DNA from: Blasia pusilla
Taxonomy: Eukaryota
Length of the DNA stretch: 64,000 nt
Assembly: GCA_050084515.1 (NCBI GenBank)
Contig: CM114271.1
Coordinates: forward strand, 14,074,001-14,138,000
Reading direction: 5' to 3'
A program made the position numbers and the translations under genes. The number at the start of each line of letters is the position of its first letter. Position 1 is the first letter of the stretch. The notes under the pieces were generated by a model. The model saw only the letters and a program-made list of their open reading frames with translations, made no database searches and had not been told where the DNA came from. This document shows, one piece after another, positions 25,901 to 39,534 of this stretch.

Positions 25901-26150
25901 TGGGCTTCTGCGGGGGGCTCAAGCGGTTGGAGACGCCAATGCTAGAGGTCCACTTAGTATTAATCATAGTTCTCTAGGTGTTGCTGATATTGTCTCATCT
26001 GTTGGTGATTTTGGTCGTTAGGGGGGAAGGCCCCCTTCTTTCTCCTCGGGGCCGGTTCCGGCCTCTTGAGGTCTTTTTTTTGGGTCTCCATGCCCCCTCT
26101 TTTGTATCGTGATGGGTTTCCCATCCTTTTTCTACATATATATTTTATAT
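22940..26150 (+). mobile_element. Non-LTR retrotransposon, CRE-like clade (C2H2 remnant - RT - CCHC - restriction-like endonuclease), near full length, inactivated by point stops
   Basis: RT motifs IRPIAIGE, HQFGV, DVENAFNSVSR, GIRQGDPLG, LANDTH (degenerate YxDD), LGVPLG. C-terminal CKC...HLARC...HDAVRD, RADL, VADV, KKTHIY and FIPLAIEMYG are typical of RLE domains. N-terminal FFTRSGIRNHLAAKHP is half of a zinc finger. Stops at 23364, 25020 and 25815; natural stop about 26019-26021. Confidence 0.88.
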
Positions 26151-27099
26151 TCTCTCTCACACCCTCCGGCTCCCTCAAAGCGCGCCTTTTTCCTTACACG
26201 GGCCTCTCCATGTAAGCGTCCCTATTGAGGGCTCTTTCCTCCTTCCTAGGCTCGGCTAGTGTTAGCATTCTTTGTAAAGTCTGTCGACAAAATTTGAGAA
26301 TTTCTGAAAGGATTTAAACTTGATCTGGAAGAAAACCGATGAGAAAAATCTAGTGATCAGAAACGAGCTGCTCGGTTAGAAAATTGGCGGCAATTTTGAG
26401 GAAAATATTGAGGAGAGACCGTAATATTTCCGAATTAAATTTCTAGACCTCCTATATTTTCGGGGTAAGAATGAATTTCCTGGGTAACGCCATACATGTT
26501 TCCATGGGACTAGGGTTGGTACTAGGGTAATAGGTACGTGAAGGTACCTTAACTAGCATTAAAAGCTTATCTAAACCTGGCACCCGACTAAATTCTTGCC
26601 AGAGACTTCCGAGGGAGAACGGAAACTTGCCGAGCATTCTTGTGCGTACCGGCTATAACTGGAATATGAGAAAAATTGACAAGAACAACCGAGTAAACGA
26701 GTGAAAAGTCGAGGGAGAACTGACTGCTTTTAGAGAATACCTAGAGGATTACCAATGTACCGGCAAAAAACTGGACATGTGAAAAAGACTATCCGAGCAC
26801 TACCTCCTTCACTCTCACTCCACCGCACCTTGTTCATAATTTCCGCCTCCCGTGGGTCCTCTTTCACCCCCCGCTCTCCTCTTTCCCCACGTGTCAGTCA
26901 GAGCCATAATGGCTCCTCCCGCATCCCGGGCTCTTCGCAGCACCCTTTTACTGCCCGATGCACGGGAGGGCCTTGGCCCGCAGCCCTATGCAGGTGTGGC
27001 TCTCTCTCTACCCCTTGAACTCCGCACGTTGCTCTTAGTCTCTTACCTAGCTACGCCCTACGGCCGTGTTTCGCCCGTTCACTCCCCTTTCTTGTGCGT

Positions 27100-27871
27100 A
27101 GTTTTGACCCCTAACCATACGTACATCGTGACGCCTCGTAATCGACCTTGACTGTATTACAGACCGTGTACGTATGACCTAAACCTAATCTCTAGCCGCC
27201 TTTACTTGAAAGCCCCCAGGCGTCTGCAAGGCAAAGCTCTCTTTTCCCTCTCTTTCCCAACACACTCGCTTGTGTACAACCGGCGCCACACTTCCCGTTA
27301 CACCCTTTTGCTCTCTCTCGACAATCTGCACCAACAAAATCTAGGAGAAACGGACAGCGCTTTCGTGCAAAACCTTCCAAACAAAAAATAGCACACAAAA
27401 TGTCACCCAACGTCTCCAAGGGCTCCCCACCGAGGCAACTCGCTTGCACACCTGCAACCAACAAATTCCCTTCCCGCTCGCATCTTTCTCATGTAAAATG
27501 AAGAGTAGTAAGAACGGCTCACCCGGCCTAAAACTCCACTCATGAATGAATCTACATCGGCATATCGAGCCTCGTCCACCGTGTGCTATGAAGGAATCCA
27601 AACGCTAGCACCTAGTCCTAACTCACACACACGAGCAAGAATGGTACTCCAACGGCTCAACATGAGAAAAATGGCTTGAGAAAGACATCTCTCTCACTCT
27701 TATACCCTTGGGAAGAGCAAAAAAGCTCTTCCCCCAAAAATAGCCCTCCCAATAGGGAAATCTCCAAAAATGACGTTCCCAACACAACAGACCTGTCACC
27801 AACCTCATCCGACATCTTGGGACAAAGTTACACCCAAACAGTCCGCTGACTCATTATGCCGGCGACGTGAT
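27100..27871 (-). repeat. Probable Gypsy LTR-related remnant
   Basis: Ends GACGTGATA, compared with GACGTGACA at 3318-3326. Loose similarity to 2460-2800. Boundaries approximate. Confidence 0.35.
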
Positions 27872-28453
27872 AGAACTCTACCTACATGGAAATAAGATGT
27901 GACAGGATTGAGAAGAGTTATGGTAATGAGTCCTTAAGAGATTTGTGACTAGCCTGAGAAGTAATGGTGATCCTTTCTTATCTTTTTCTTTTTTTTTTGT
28001 AAGCAATTAGGATGTATCTTGAAAAATTGTCTTAAAAGATTGAAGAAAGCACAATAGAGTAATACTGAGAATTCTCCTACTCTACATAATAGACATGATT
28101 GCCTTAAACACACTAAATATGGCTAGGTGTAGGATGCCCTCAACATATTGTTCATAACCTCAATGTATTTAGTTAGTTTCAAGCTAATAATGTAGATCAA
28201 CAATTGATGGTGTATTTAGGAGATGATACGTCGCAGCCTATGCAAGGGATAAGTATTTTTTTTGGTATCAAGCTCTTAAATGGAGTTCAAATCCCATATT
28301 TGTTATATGTCCTTGCTCTTAAGGAGAATGTGTTCTTGGGAATAATTAAGAGGATAGGTATCCATCTATAATCATCGTTGTATCTCGAACAAAAAAGCTA
28401 GGATGAGAGTAGTAAGTCATGAATAGAAGATGAGATGTAGGTGAACTTGTCAG

Positions 28454-28750
28454 CATGGTCGTACAAAAACGGACAAGTTCGTTCTTTGGACGAAAAGTTT
28501 TGACATTTCCATGGACATGGATTACAAGAGATGGGGTCCATATTTATAAGTTATGATGGAAGGTAGAGCAAGGGTGAGTGGGGCAATAAGTGGGGAGTGA
28601 GTGGAGGTGGAAGGAGAACGAAAAAGGAAAGTATGGAACTTAGAGGAAAATGTATGGAATAAGAAAGAATAGGAAGATGGGTTTCATATGGACAAATCCT
28701 TCCATAACACGGATGTCTGCGGATACGGATTTTGTCCACATGCAACCTTG
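28454..28750. mobile_element. hAT-like MITE, diverged copy of 58037-58355
   Basis: CATGGTCGTACAAAAACGGAC ... GTCCACATGCAACCTTG, collinear with the 58 kb copy. No clean TSD. Confidence 0.75.
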
Positions 28751-28874
28751 GGAACCTGGTCAATTGGGTGTGAATTCAACTTGTGAGATCGAGGCTCTTT
28801 CTACTTCAACTAGTATTGTCTTATGATATGAAATGATTGACCACATCACCAAACGTATTCATAACACTTGAAAC

Positions 28875-29130
28875 CCTAGTTGGCAGTTGGGTCCCTCTAA
28901 TTCCATATAGCAGACATCACATCTACTTGACATGATCTACTTCTCTATACACATCTTCTACCATTGGTGTGTCATCCCTGCAACATCTCCCAACACATAC
29001 TTGTCCACGGATCCATCTCATCGATCTCCACCTAGACATATCAATGTATCCGGATGTCATCGTGCAACACTAGAGTTGACGTGTTGATCTCTCCAAAGAG
29101 ATTTTAACACTCACACCCTCCTCCAAACGC
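28875..29130 (-). repeat. Fragment related to the Gypsy LTR/3' region at 17540-17720
   Basis: Shared blocks TGGCAGTTG, ACCAT.GGTGT, GTTGATC.CTCCAAAGAGAT, ACCCTCCTCCAAA. Confidence 0.65.
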
Positions 29131-31456
29131 TTCCACACAACAAATGTGGTATCTGAAGATATCAAGTCTCTAGTCCAAGAGCATGACCTTCACTTGACTT
29201 TGTCTACTTAGCAGGTCATACTCTTGCTATTGATCTACACCCAAAAAAACCCATATTAGTCATGTTTTGGATCAACCAACCTTAAATCTCCAAATTCCAG
29301 ATCTCACACTCCTTTCAAGTTGAATAGTTCTAAATAGGATTAGATAGTGTATGAACAAGAAAATCATTCAAGACTTGGGATATATTTTCTTGAAAGTCTA
29401 GGGACTTGAATCGGTGCTAGCGTGGTTGACAATCCCTATTGGTCAATTGACCTCGAACAAATGGCCCTCTGTTCAACCCCCATGGTTCCAAAGAAGGGGT
29501 TTAGGTTCAAAAATTCCTTGGACACCCTCCTCCTTATCTATAGGTCTGGAGAAATTCATCCCCTCTTTCAGCCAAAGAATCCTTCTTATGCCCCTCCTTA
29601 TGACCTAAACTATCATTCTAATACTTCTAGGTTTGTTTCGAGAGTTTTGCCAATGTGTTTGTCTAATCTTTAGTTTGTTGGAACCAACTCCTCTCAAACT
29701 TTCCAATTCCATCTTATTAATCCCAAAGGCATCTTGGATTTAGTTACTATGATCTCATATATGGAGATCCATCAAACACTTAATCAAATTCCAAGCTAGG
29801 TTCCATCCTCTTTGGAGATTAACTCTTATGGGACTTCAGCTTTTTTGAATTCCCACCCAACCTTTGGTTATGCTCTTCTAGGTTACACCCATCTTTATAG
29901 GCTTAGATGCAGCTAGAGGATGTGGAGGAGATGGATCCGTAGATGATCAAATGGGAGCATGAGATGGTGGGCATGCTTGTGGAGGTGGAAAGGTCCACCA
30001 CCTAGACGAGTTAAGGAGACCTTGGTTGTTATGTTGGGATGGGTGCTAAGATAGACAAGTTACAATAGTAGATTACAATTAGTGGAACCATCTGATTGGA
30101 GGAGTGAATTGTGTGAAGGTGAAAGTCGGAATGTAGGTAGGATGCCATTGGCGCCATATGACAACCTAACTAAGACTTGTTTGGTAGATGTAGGAAGGAG
30201 AGAAATTATCGAAAGTCGTTGTAGTGCAAATGTATTATAGTCTCACTATTTTGGTACTCCATGTTCTTGAAGACTCAGGTGGATGAGTTATTCAACATCT
30301 ACTCTTACTAGTGGGAAACAAATGACTTGGAATGAAATTTACATTTGTAATGGAAATTTCATTTGTGAGCACGCAATATGGAATGAGTGGTCTTGAAGCG
30401 GTCGTATTCAAGTTCCCTTGCCACATTTTGGTGACTCTTGACAGGCTTCGAAAGTACCTAGCATACTGTCCCATTGTTATGGGAGAAAATGGGTAATGCA
30501 GCCCCCACTTTCTTCTATCCTTTCTCGTATGTGTTGGCGTGACTCAGATGACTCCTCAGATGTCTTCATATTATCTTCTCGATGTGACCTCACATGTCAT
30601 CGTATGGCAATTCCATTTCCAGACAGCAGTATGAATGGACGCAGTAGAGATGATCTCAAAACTTGTCGTTGATCTAGATTTTTGTGTTCGTGTGACCTCT
30701 GATACACCGTAGAGATCATCTCCACTTGCATGCCTCCTGTTTTCTCTAGGCTGCTGGAGTCCTGAGCCCAAATCATGACGACTACCGAGACTTCGCTCAA
30801 CGAGTCTAGATCTCCACTCTCTACAGGAGATATATGTATAAAAAATGATGGGGTAGAGAAAGTGGCCTGCGTTACTTCTCTGGTAGGTTTCGAAAAAGAC
30901 ATTTCATACACAAGTTCTCATGCAGGAGATCCCAGTAAGTCTTAGCATGCATTTACAGGGTTCCAACCTCACTACCACGCCAATTTCACCATGCCATTCA
31001 CTCAGCTCCTCCAAATGGATTTCCCGAGATGAATGAAAAATGTCTTCCGGGCACAGTTCCAGAATGACAATGTTCAATTTACTTCCAACCTTTTCATTAG
31101 TCACAGCCAAACCGCTCCCATACATCACTGGGTGCGGGCAACTCATTTTTCGAAGAGGGGATAAGAATATGTATTACGACTAAGTCATGAAGTTCCCTAT
31201 GCAGAACTGAGTAGTTGGATATTGGAGGATTTGTATATCAGCTAAATCTGTACTTTTGCTTCCGGTCATCATTCTAGAGTGAAATGACACTTTCTTTGGA
31301 GCTCCGAGCAAATGGTGATCTTATTCATTTAGATAGAAGGCGACAGACCTCACTACCCGTCCAGCCAGTGAGAATCTTCGTCAAGGCTATCCCAGAACTC
31401 ATCGTCATAAATGACCAATCATAGACACTACGCAACTTACGATCACTGTCAAAAAT

Positions 31457-32138
31457 TGTTGAACTTTGTTAATATCTAGTTTAGTCATGCTCTAAAAATA
31501 GTTAGTCAAATACTAACTTAGTTGGATACTAATTTAGTTAGCTAGAGATAACTTAGTGTTCCTCTATCTTTTAGGGTAACCTTGAATTAGGGCAATTCTC
31601 GAGTTAGGGTTAGCCACCATTTGTTATTTAGGGTATGGATCTGTTCAAGAAGATCTAAGGGCCAGAAGTGTTCACCCTGATGTATATAATGTCTCTGTTT
31701 AGAAAGCAGAAGCCAATTCTACAACATGCACAATTTTGGTGAGGACTCCTGAGGCTCTTGGTCCTACTGCAGAGTGATCAAAGAGTAGGAAGAGGAGATT
31801 CAGACTAATTGCTGTACTTGCTAGAGCCTCACTGGAAGGCAAGTTGTTTTGTCTAGTATGCTGATGGAGATTGTTTGTGCTCAATGGTGAGCCATGTCTG
31901 ATCTCTGAGCTGGTGACATGTGAGGACCTGTAGTGTGAGTGCAAGGTGTGGCTGAGTAGAATCCATCTTAGTATCTCTTAGATAGTAAGAAGAGTCACAT
32001 CATGGTAGGGCTCTGATTTGGCAATAGAGATAGGAACTGATTTGCTGATTGTGTACAAGCTGAAATCATGGATGGTCTAGCTGATGCTAGCTCTGACTTT
32101 GTACAAGGAGATACTTCTGCTGGTCAATCATATTCTCA
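31457..32138 (+). mobile_element. Solo LTR, same family as 13506-14156, flanked by a 73-bp direct duplication
   Basis: TGTTGAA...TTCTCA termini. 31383-31455 is identical to 32139-32211. Confidence 0.9.
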
Positions 32139-32521
32139 AAGGCTATCCCAGAACTCATCGTCATAAATGACCAATCATAGACACTACGCAACTTACGATC
32201 ACTGTCAAAAAATTTCCAGCGGCTGGGTCATTCCTCATCTTGGTAGTGTAAACCCACAAAACCCAGGTCCCAGCTTTCTGGCTGCAGTCCGGTACCACAG
32301 ATCTCCAAATTCCACTCCCATACAAGAGGACCACAGAATAGCAGGTCAACCTCTCTCACAGCAAAATAATTCTACATATTGGATTATATGCCCTGAAGAG
32401 CCCTATATTTTTAAGGGGTGAGCATTTTCAATTTGTTGGTGTATTCCTCCTGGAAATTTCTAAAAAGGCAAAAAAATTCAGGGATACAAAAATACAGCCT
32501 GCTTCAACAAATGTTGAATAT

Positions 32522-35500
32522 TCAACTCAGAGCTCCAGCAGAGGTGGTGCACTGTTGATTAACAATGGAAGAATACATGGTAAAATCTGGTGTATGTGTG
32601 AAATTAGGGACGAAATCTAGGCAGAAGCGGAAAACTGAAGCCAATTTTTGTGGATCGTTGAGAGTAATTGCAGCTTCAAGAAATGATGCTGGAGCCACTG
32701 TCTCAACCTGTACACCAAAAACACATTGACTATGAGAAATTTGTTTTTCACAAACACCTCACCAGTATATTATTGACAGACAACCTGAAACGAAATTGGG
32801 AAAGAACATCTTGTAAGCAGCTGTTTTGGTTCAATCCCTTCCATTATCTGAGATTTTGGTGCACAGAACGTCTGCAAGTTATCAAATATTTGTAAGGTCA
32901 TTTCACATCACCTTATTTTGACGAACATAGCGAAGTCCCTCCAGTATACGGCCCTCCTGCAGTAAAACCTTAATATAGTCTGCATGCCCATGAACCTGAC
33001 GCAGCATGTCCAGTCCCAGTCTGCGAGTAGAAGTGTGCTGAGACCCTGCTTCCAAAAGTTGTATCGCTACTGCCTTTGAAGGAGGCACCACCTTCCCAGT
33101 AACTAGCTGCCACAGTTCATAGTATCTTTGTTCCTGAGCAAGTAGTTGTATAATGAGCACATGTAAGCCAGGATTTACCCTCAGTTGTTCTGCTGCCGCA
33201 CTGTCAAGTCCATGTGAGCAGAATCAGTGACATATAAAAGTATTGAAAATATTCTATATGCGAGTGGTGAATCCAAACACTGCTGACTCTAAGATGTCAA
33301 CTGTCATCTTTTCCAAAAGATACTCCAACTCTATGTCAACTCCACCCTCCAGCTATCAGAAGTCTATCCTCACTACGTTGTGATGGCATTCACACTGCCT
33401 GTTGCTTGGCTTTCAACATTATGTGTGACTGTTTAGACATGGGTAGAATTTCACAACAGCATATGATTTGAAATCTGTATGGCCAAAACTCCTAATGTTC
33501 TCAACTCATCATGTCTCGATATGTAAACCACAAATGGTCTTTGATTCCATACCTCCTCAAATATTCAACAATTGCCGCTACTAAAAAGGTTGAATCAACA
33601 GCCATGTCTTCTTCGATGACATTAAATACATTTCGCTGCATCTCCTCAGGTGAAATCAGCGGATTTGTAACACCTTTAAATGTGCCAGGCTCCATCAAAG
33701 AGGTTTCCATCATACCCCGTTGAACCTGCTTGCTGCTCTGCCCGGAGACAGAAGAATGCTTGGATTGTGAAGATGTGATAGAAGACTCGATCTCTGTTTC
33801 CACTCTGCTGGTGGTTGGGTTGACCCCACCTGCTGCAGCACAGTTCTCACTGGGTTCCTCAAGTTTTGAACTACTATTATCTGAATCTTGATCATCTTGA
33901 TCTGAGTTACCTTGTGCCCACCTTGATGAACTACCACCATCACCCCTGTGAGTTCCTTCTACTGATCCGTTTTTCTCACTCTCTTCAGAATCTTGAGCTC
34001 CCTTGGTAGCTGTATGAGGTAAAATCCTTCCAGCAATATCACATGCTTGTGCAGCTTGAGAGTTTGCCGAGGCCCTGGGACCAGATTGAGCATTTTTTAT
34101 TACATAACTCCCATCGTAAACATTTGTTGGTTTTGCAGCCCTTGCATACGATGAAGTAATAACGTCCATAGCACTTGCTATGAGTGCCAAAGGTCGTCTT
34201 TCAACAATCATAGCACGAGTAACTTCTATGGACAGCAGTTTTGCCTGTTTCACAAGAGATTTGGTTACATTCTACAATTATTTAGAGCATGCACATTGGT
34301 CTATTTAGAACTGGCACAAACCAGCAGCGATAGCTTTAAAAATCTGTCAGTTCAAAGCCCAAGGTGTGTGCCCTCCTAAAAATTGTCAGAACTTTGTGTG
34401 CGAATTTGGAGAATCATATTGATGTAGAAGAGGTGGCACACACTGTGATATTCTAATCTGGCTTATCTTGTCAGAGATGGACAAGAGGAGGCAGGCATGT
34501 GAACAAAGCTAAGGAAAATACAATCACTAAGCACACACATAGAGACGACCTTGCTTGCTTCATGTCGTCGACGTTGAAGAAAACTCAGTAATGATGGTAT
34601 GTCGGAGGAGCTTGCAGCAATAGCCTGGGAACATTTTCCAGGAAACATCTCATAACAAGCAGGCATCCAATACGCTGATCAAATGTGTAAGTCACATGAA
34701 AGACGTGCATGACATTATCAAAGTTCTCTATGATCTACACCACAGAGAACACTGAGCCAACAACTAGGAGTACCTAAGCTCTTAAGAAACTGTAGTGCTG
34801 CAAATTCAGTTAGACAAATCCAACACACCAGTGAACACACCTCCAAGTCTAGTCGTATTCTCCATAGAAGACCATGGACATGGTCCAACACTATATCAGG
34901 ATTCACGAACACCCAACCACTGTCATAAAGTTTAGCTTCTGAAGGTGCAACACTTCCCAGATGGTCAGGCTCTGCAGAGGAACTTCCAGTGCTGTTTACA
35001 CTTTCAATAGCTCGTACTGACAACCCAGAAACTGGAACTCCCCGCAAAAGAAGAGGCAGAGGTGCCGAGATAGGAACCTTAGGATCAGACATGATATCAT
35101 AAAGGAGAACCACTTTTGAATCGATTTCATGAATCAGAAGCACATTATCCACAACGCTAAGTGCAACATTCCTTGAATAGATGGGTAAAGATCCCTGTGA
35201 TACCAGGCCAAAGTGTCGAGCGATTAGTTATCAGTTAGCTAAATTTAGTTTGGACCCAAACACTTGAGGCTGGGGATTGATGTGTGTCATAGGCTCCAGA
35301 GTTATCAGCATTTAGAGCCACCCATTATTTTTAGGAACATCTCCTATTCCCTCAAGATGGAGCACTGGCGACCAGACACAGGCATAGTCTACTAACTGGA
35401 ACTCCTCTTCCATCATTGGCAGCACACTTTTAATGAGCCAGAATACAAACCTCCCATGGACCTTGAGGACCATGGATCAAAATGAAACTAAAGATCGCTA

Positions 35501-38229
35501 GCAAAAGCTTTTTCACTATGAAATTATCTTATAGAAAATCCACACTTGCATTCATATCGTTAGTGGTGTCTTTGTACATCCTTGTGGATACCAATTGGCA
35601 CCACAATGAAATTAAATCACTGAATAAATAGAATCTAAAGTTCCCAGTGATATAGAATTGCCATGGAACAGAATATATCAGTAGGCACAACTCGTCAAAG
35701 CAGAGGGAGGGTCAGATGAACAGACGGACAGACAGGCAGACAGAAAGGACTCCTTTACTGGTCAAATTTAAACGAGATTCAAGGCAGCATATACAACCCA
35801 GACATGTGCGTTCAATAGCTACTGAAACTATCCATAAAGAAAAACTGACCCAGCGATCAAAAACTTTATCACCTTGATTTGCAAAAGACTATCCCAAAAT
35901 TTCCCAATCAAATATGTGGTACTTCACTGATGTTGCCTACATTAGATGGAATGGAAACTATTGAGTCATTGACTGTCCCTCTCAGGTTTCAAAGAAATCC
36001 TTCCAAATTATTTGCAAGAGCCTTCAGAGTCCATGCTCCTCACATAGACCTAGGGGGACCATTCTTCATCCAATTAACTTTATTTACCCTGAGATTTCAA
36101 CTGCCTACAGCAAGTTCAACACCCAAGATGCAAGCCCATCCTAGTGAGTGCAAAAGGCATAACGGACCTCTTGCTGCAGACTGAACGTCTCCATGCAACA
36201 CGAAATATAACTACCAAGGCAATACATGAGAAGCAAGGCCGGCCATGTGCGCAAAAGTCCCTGAAACCAGCAAGAGGAGAGGCTCACCAATTTTACAGGT
36301 ACCTCAAGGGGAAATGAAGTGGTCTTGATAGATGGGTAATAGGGGTCATAGCCACATGCACATACAGAAAGTTCGTCCTAAAATAGCGGATCAAGTCAAA
36401 CATTTCACATCACAGGTGAAAAGGTATTTAATCAATCCCACTTTATGGATAAAACTCTGGTAGACTGAAATTTTGGAAACAATGGCAAATATTACACAGG
36501 TAACACAATGAGATGTACAGAAGTATGCTTCACAATAGATTCCATTTGTGAGTAACCTCCTTAGGACCCAAGCAATCAAGGTGAAAGTCACAATCAATTT
36601 TCCTTCTGATACATTCTGAAGGCTTTACCTGAGGCACAACAGCATCTCGATAAAATCTGTACAGATTCAGCTGCATGGCCACCCTATCCACTTGGAGACA
36701 GTAGAGCCTTCCATACCTGCCCACAGACATGCTACATATTCATAAACTTTGATGTGTTCACACTACCAATATCAGTCATTGAAATTTTGCAATATTTGTA
36801 ACCTAGGAATAACCTCCTCGGGACAAAAACTACCAATGTAATTTGAGTACTCCAGGTAAAATCTTGATATTCCATAACAGAAAGATTCTCCGTAGTACTT
36901 ACATAGTGGCAATTCGGACATCCTCAGGAGCTAACACAGGCTTATAATTGACTCCAGCTTTTGCCATCACAACGTCAAATTTTGGTAGCCGAACAATTCC
37001 ACCTGCTGAAAACTGGAGACAAGAAAAATTAAGAATCCTACCCATAACTACTCCATGAAGTACTTGACGTAACTCTGTAGATGTTATCAAACCCTAGTAA
37101 TGCCTCCAGAATGAGAGAGACCCCACATCTAGGTATTCAGACTATGTGCCACTGCAGAGAACCCTGTCTTAGGTACCCATGGTATACATCTCAGGCAGAT
37201 ACATGAAAAATACTCATTAGAGAGGTAAAAGGCAGACCTGATAGCCAGAGAGAGTCTTGCATTGCATCCCAGATGCTAGCAGAACAAGACGGCTCTCATG
37301 AGTGTACACATACCAACTCACATTGAGTCGCTTGACCTCAGCCAACTGGAGCCCATTTCTTCCAGAAGATAGTGAGTACAACTCCAGCCCACTTTCCATA
37401 CCCAACCGAGACAATATAAATTTAGAAACAATGGAAAAAGAAAAAAAAACAGACAATATGCTGATGATCCAGAAAATTTTCAATCAAACCAAATCACCAC
37501 AAAACAATGTCCTCTAATACATGAAATGGACTAAGCACCTTCCAAGGAACTGATACACACAGTCGTAAAAAATACTTGACGCCGACAACCTTGGGGTCAG
37601 ACTAACCTGCTCGTGACCAATACTACATCACATGTTGGACAATCAGTCCAGAACAATCCAAGAATCCGTTCAGTTCCTTGTTTGCACTGCTGGCAAAACG
37701 CAACACCATTTTCCCTGTTGATAAACTCAACCTCATGATGTGATCGTTGGACAGCCAGAATTTTCCCATCCAATGAGAAACGGACACCTAATACAGGCCC
37801 TTCTTTGATGAAGGTGACACTAGGAGATTGAGGGGAAGATTGCTGATTCACTTGCCAAGAGAAAACCTGCACTGACAAAGAGAAATGGTTCTCTCAGCCC
37901 GTTAAAATGGAATGGACAGAATTACATTTCATCTTTAAAAAAGGCATAGCATGTCTTCAAGTTCTCTTCAAGTAAACAAAAAATTCCTATTACGGGATTA
38001 TGAGTACATATCCATAATACAAATCTACTTAAGACAAGGGAGCATAGATTGCCACCTTGCTTGGAGACGGGACAAGCAGAAGTTTATTCCCATCATCATA
38101 CATTATTCCTGCTGCTCCTGGAATGTCGCATCGCAAAGGAGGATATTGAATGTAAGCATGAACCAAAGCACCCGATGTATTCATGCCGTTTCCAAAGGAA
38201 GTGCTTGAAGAAGCTTGATACTTCCCCAT
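32522..38229 (-). CDS. RMC1: Regulator of MON1-CCZ1 complex (Mic1 / C18orf8 homolog), multi-exon
   Basis: Exons (approximate) 38056-38229, 37607-37866, 37238-37391, 36903-37012, 36629-36716, 34821-35195, 34549-34624, 33553-34243, 32912-33201, 32522-32707. Peptides ALVHAYIQYPPLRCDIPGAAGIMYDDGNK, VRFSLDGKILAVQRS, LGLDMLRQV, LEGLRYVRQNK, FLEAA...LASVFRFC match plant Mic1-like proteins. Stop TGA at 32522-32524. Confidence 0.9.
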
Positions 38230-38273
38230 TTTCCCCCGACAGTAAGGAAAACAGTTTCAGGTGCTTGTATAAA

Positions 38274-39313
38274 TTAAGCCCTCGACTTAGTCTGCACGAT
38301 CATTGCTGTCGCCATCAGGTCACAAATTTCAAAAAACCAAACAGAAGTTCACAAAAAACTAAGCGAGCTCATGGAGATCCTCTTTACTGCCTCAAAATAA
38401 CAAGTGAGTGAAAACGCAGCAGGGTTGAAAATACAAGAGTGAAGCATAGTACCTCATTCTGCACGCACAATTTCAACATCATAAATTCTTTTGCACACAT
38501 GCCTTGCTCGACTGTCGGTACCTTCCTGGCCACGCATTGCCCGTATACTCTCATCTTCATCAGAAATAGCCAAGCGATCAATTTGAGCAGACAGCATTCA
38601 CAAAATATAAGCAAGACTACTCAAGTATCAACGTCTCAATGATAATCCTGCTTTAGGAACACTCCCACACGTCTAGACAACGCAGCCTCTTTCCCCAGTG
38701 CGTGGATGCATACCTCCGAGGCCAGACTTTCACGCCGATCTTGTTAAATGGCCTATTTTCTTAGGATAAATAAGCGAAAATGTTCTTTCAATACTCGAAA
38801 CGGCGAAATCCCGGATAGCACATTTTGTCTTTCCAAGTGGCGTATTCCAAGGTCACTAAAATTGACAAATCTAAAACTGCCACGATCGTTCTAGTGGAGC
38901 TCATACGCTACACGAAGGCCGAGGATCCCAGAATGGTGAGCAAGCTCTCAGGATTAACAGTTCGCGCACTTCTTCTCTTTCCACACTAAGTTCAGAAGAA
39001 AATTCAATATCGGCAAAGCGAACTCTTTTCTGCCCCATCTCAGCACTCAACCGATCTCTGAAGGCCTAGATCGGATCGGATTGGATCTGCACCCAGCGTC
39101 TCGATTCTCCCATCGATCCAATCTCTAATTACTTGCAAGGCCCTAACGCATTTCATCAATATGTGATACATACAATAAAATGAGAGATTACTCACAAGTA
39201 ACGACGACTAAACACTTGGAAAGAGAAATTCTACTCACGACGTCAGAACATTTGAAAAGCACACGCTTGAGAGGAGAAGGCAGATTTCGTCCGCGATCCG
39301 ACATAGCTGACAT
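38274..39313 (-). CDS. Twin CX9C (CHCH) small protein, NDUFAF8-like, encoded as a spliced upstream ORF of RMC1
   Basis: Exons 39313-39239, 38554-38453 and 38291-38274 with GT-AG introns give MSAMSDRGRNLPSPLKRVLFKCSDVMRVYGQCVARKVPTVEQGMCAKEFMMLKLCVQNETKSRA* (64 aa) with two exact CX9C motifs. Confidence 0.85.
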
Positions 39314-39534
39314 CCAGTTCCGAGAGAGACCTGCAACTCATTCTGCCGCACCTTACTAACAAAACCTACTCGATTGAGGGAAAAGAATTCCCCTAAATGA
39401 TTCCTAATGAGTTCATTAGTCTTATTACTGTATAATAAGACAAAATAGGTAACATTTTGAATTTTGTTGTTTTAGTCGTGGGTAGAAATAAAAAAAAAAA
39501 AACGAATACGGCTTTGAGTGATATATATTAATTT

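Noticed and set aside
17393-27871. A single large Gypsy element with nested CRE insertions bounded by 17393 and 27871
   Set aside because: No matching TSD and no PBS found; the LTR pairing cannot be supported.
30540-31380. Possible distant 3' exons of the coiled-coil gene or a separate gene
   Set aside because: A nearer in-frame terminal exon exists at 16606-16654, and the short ORFs here have no recognisable motifs.
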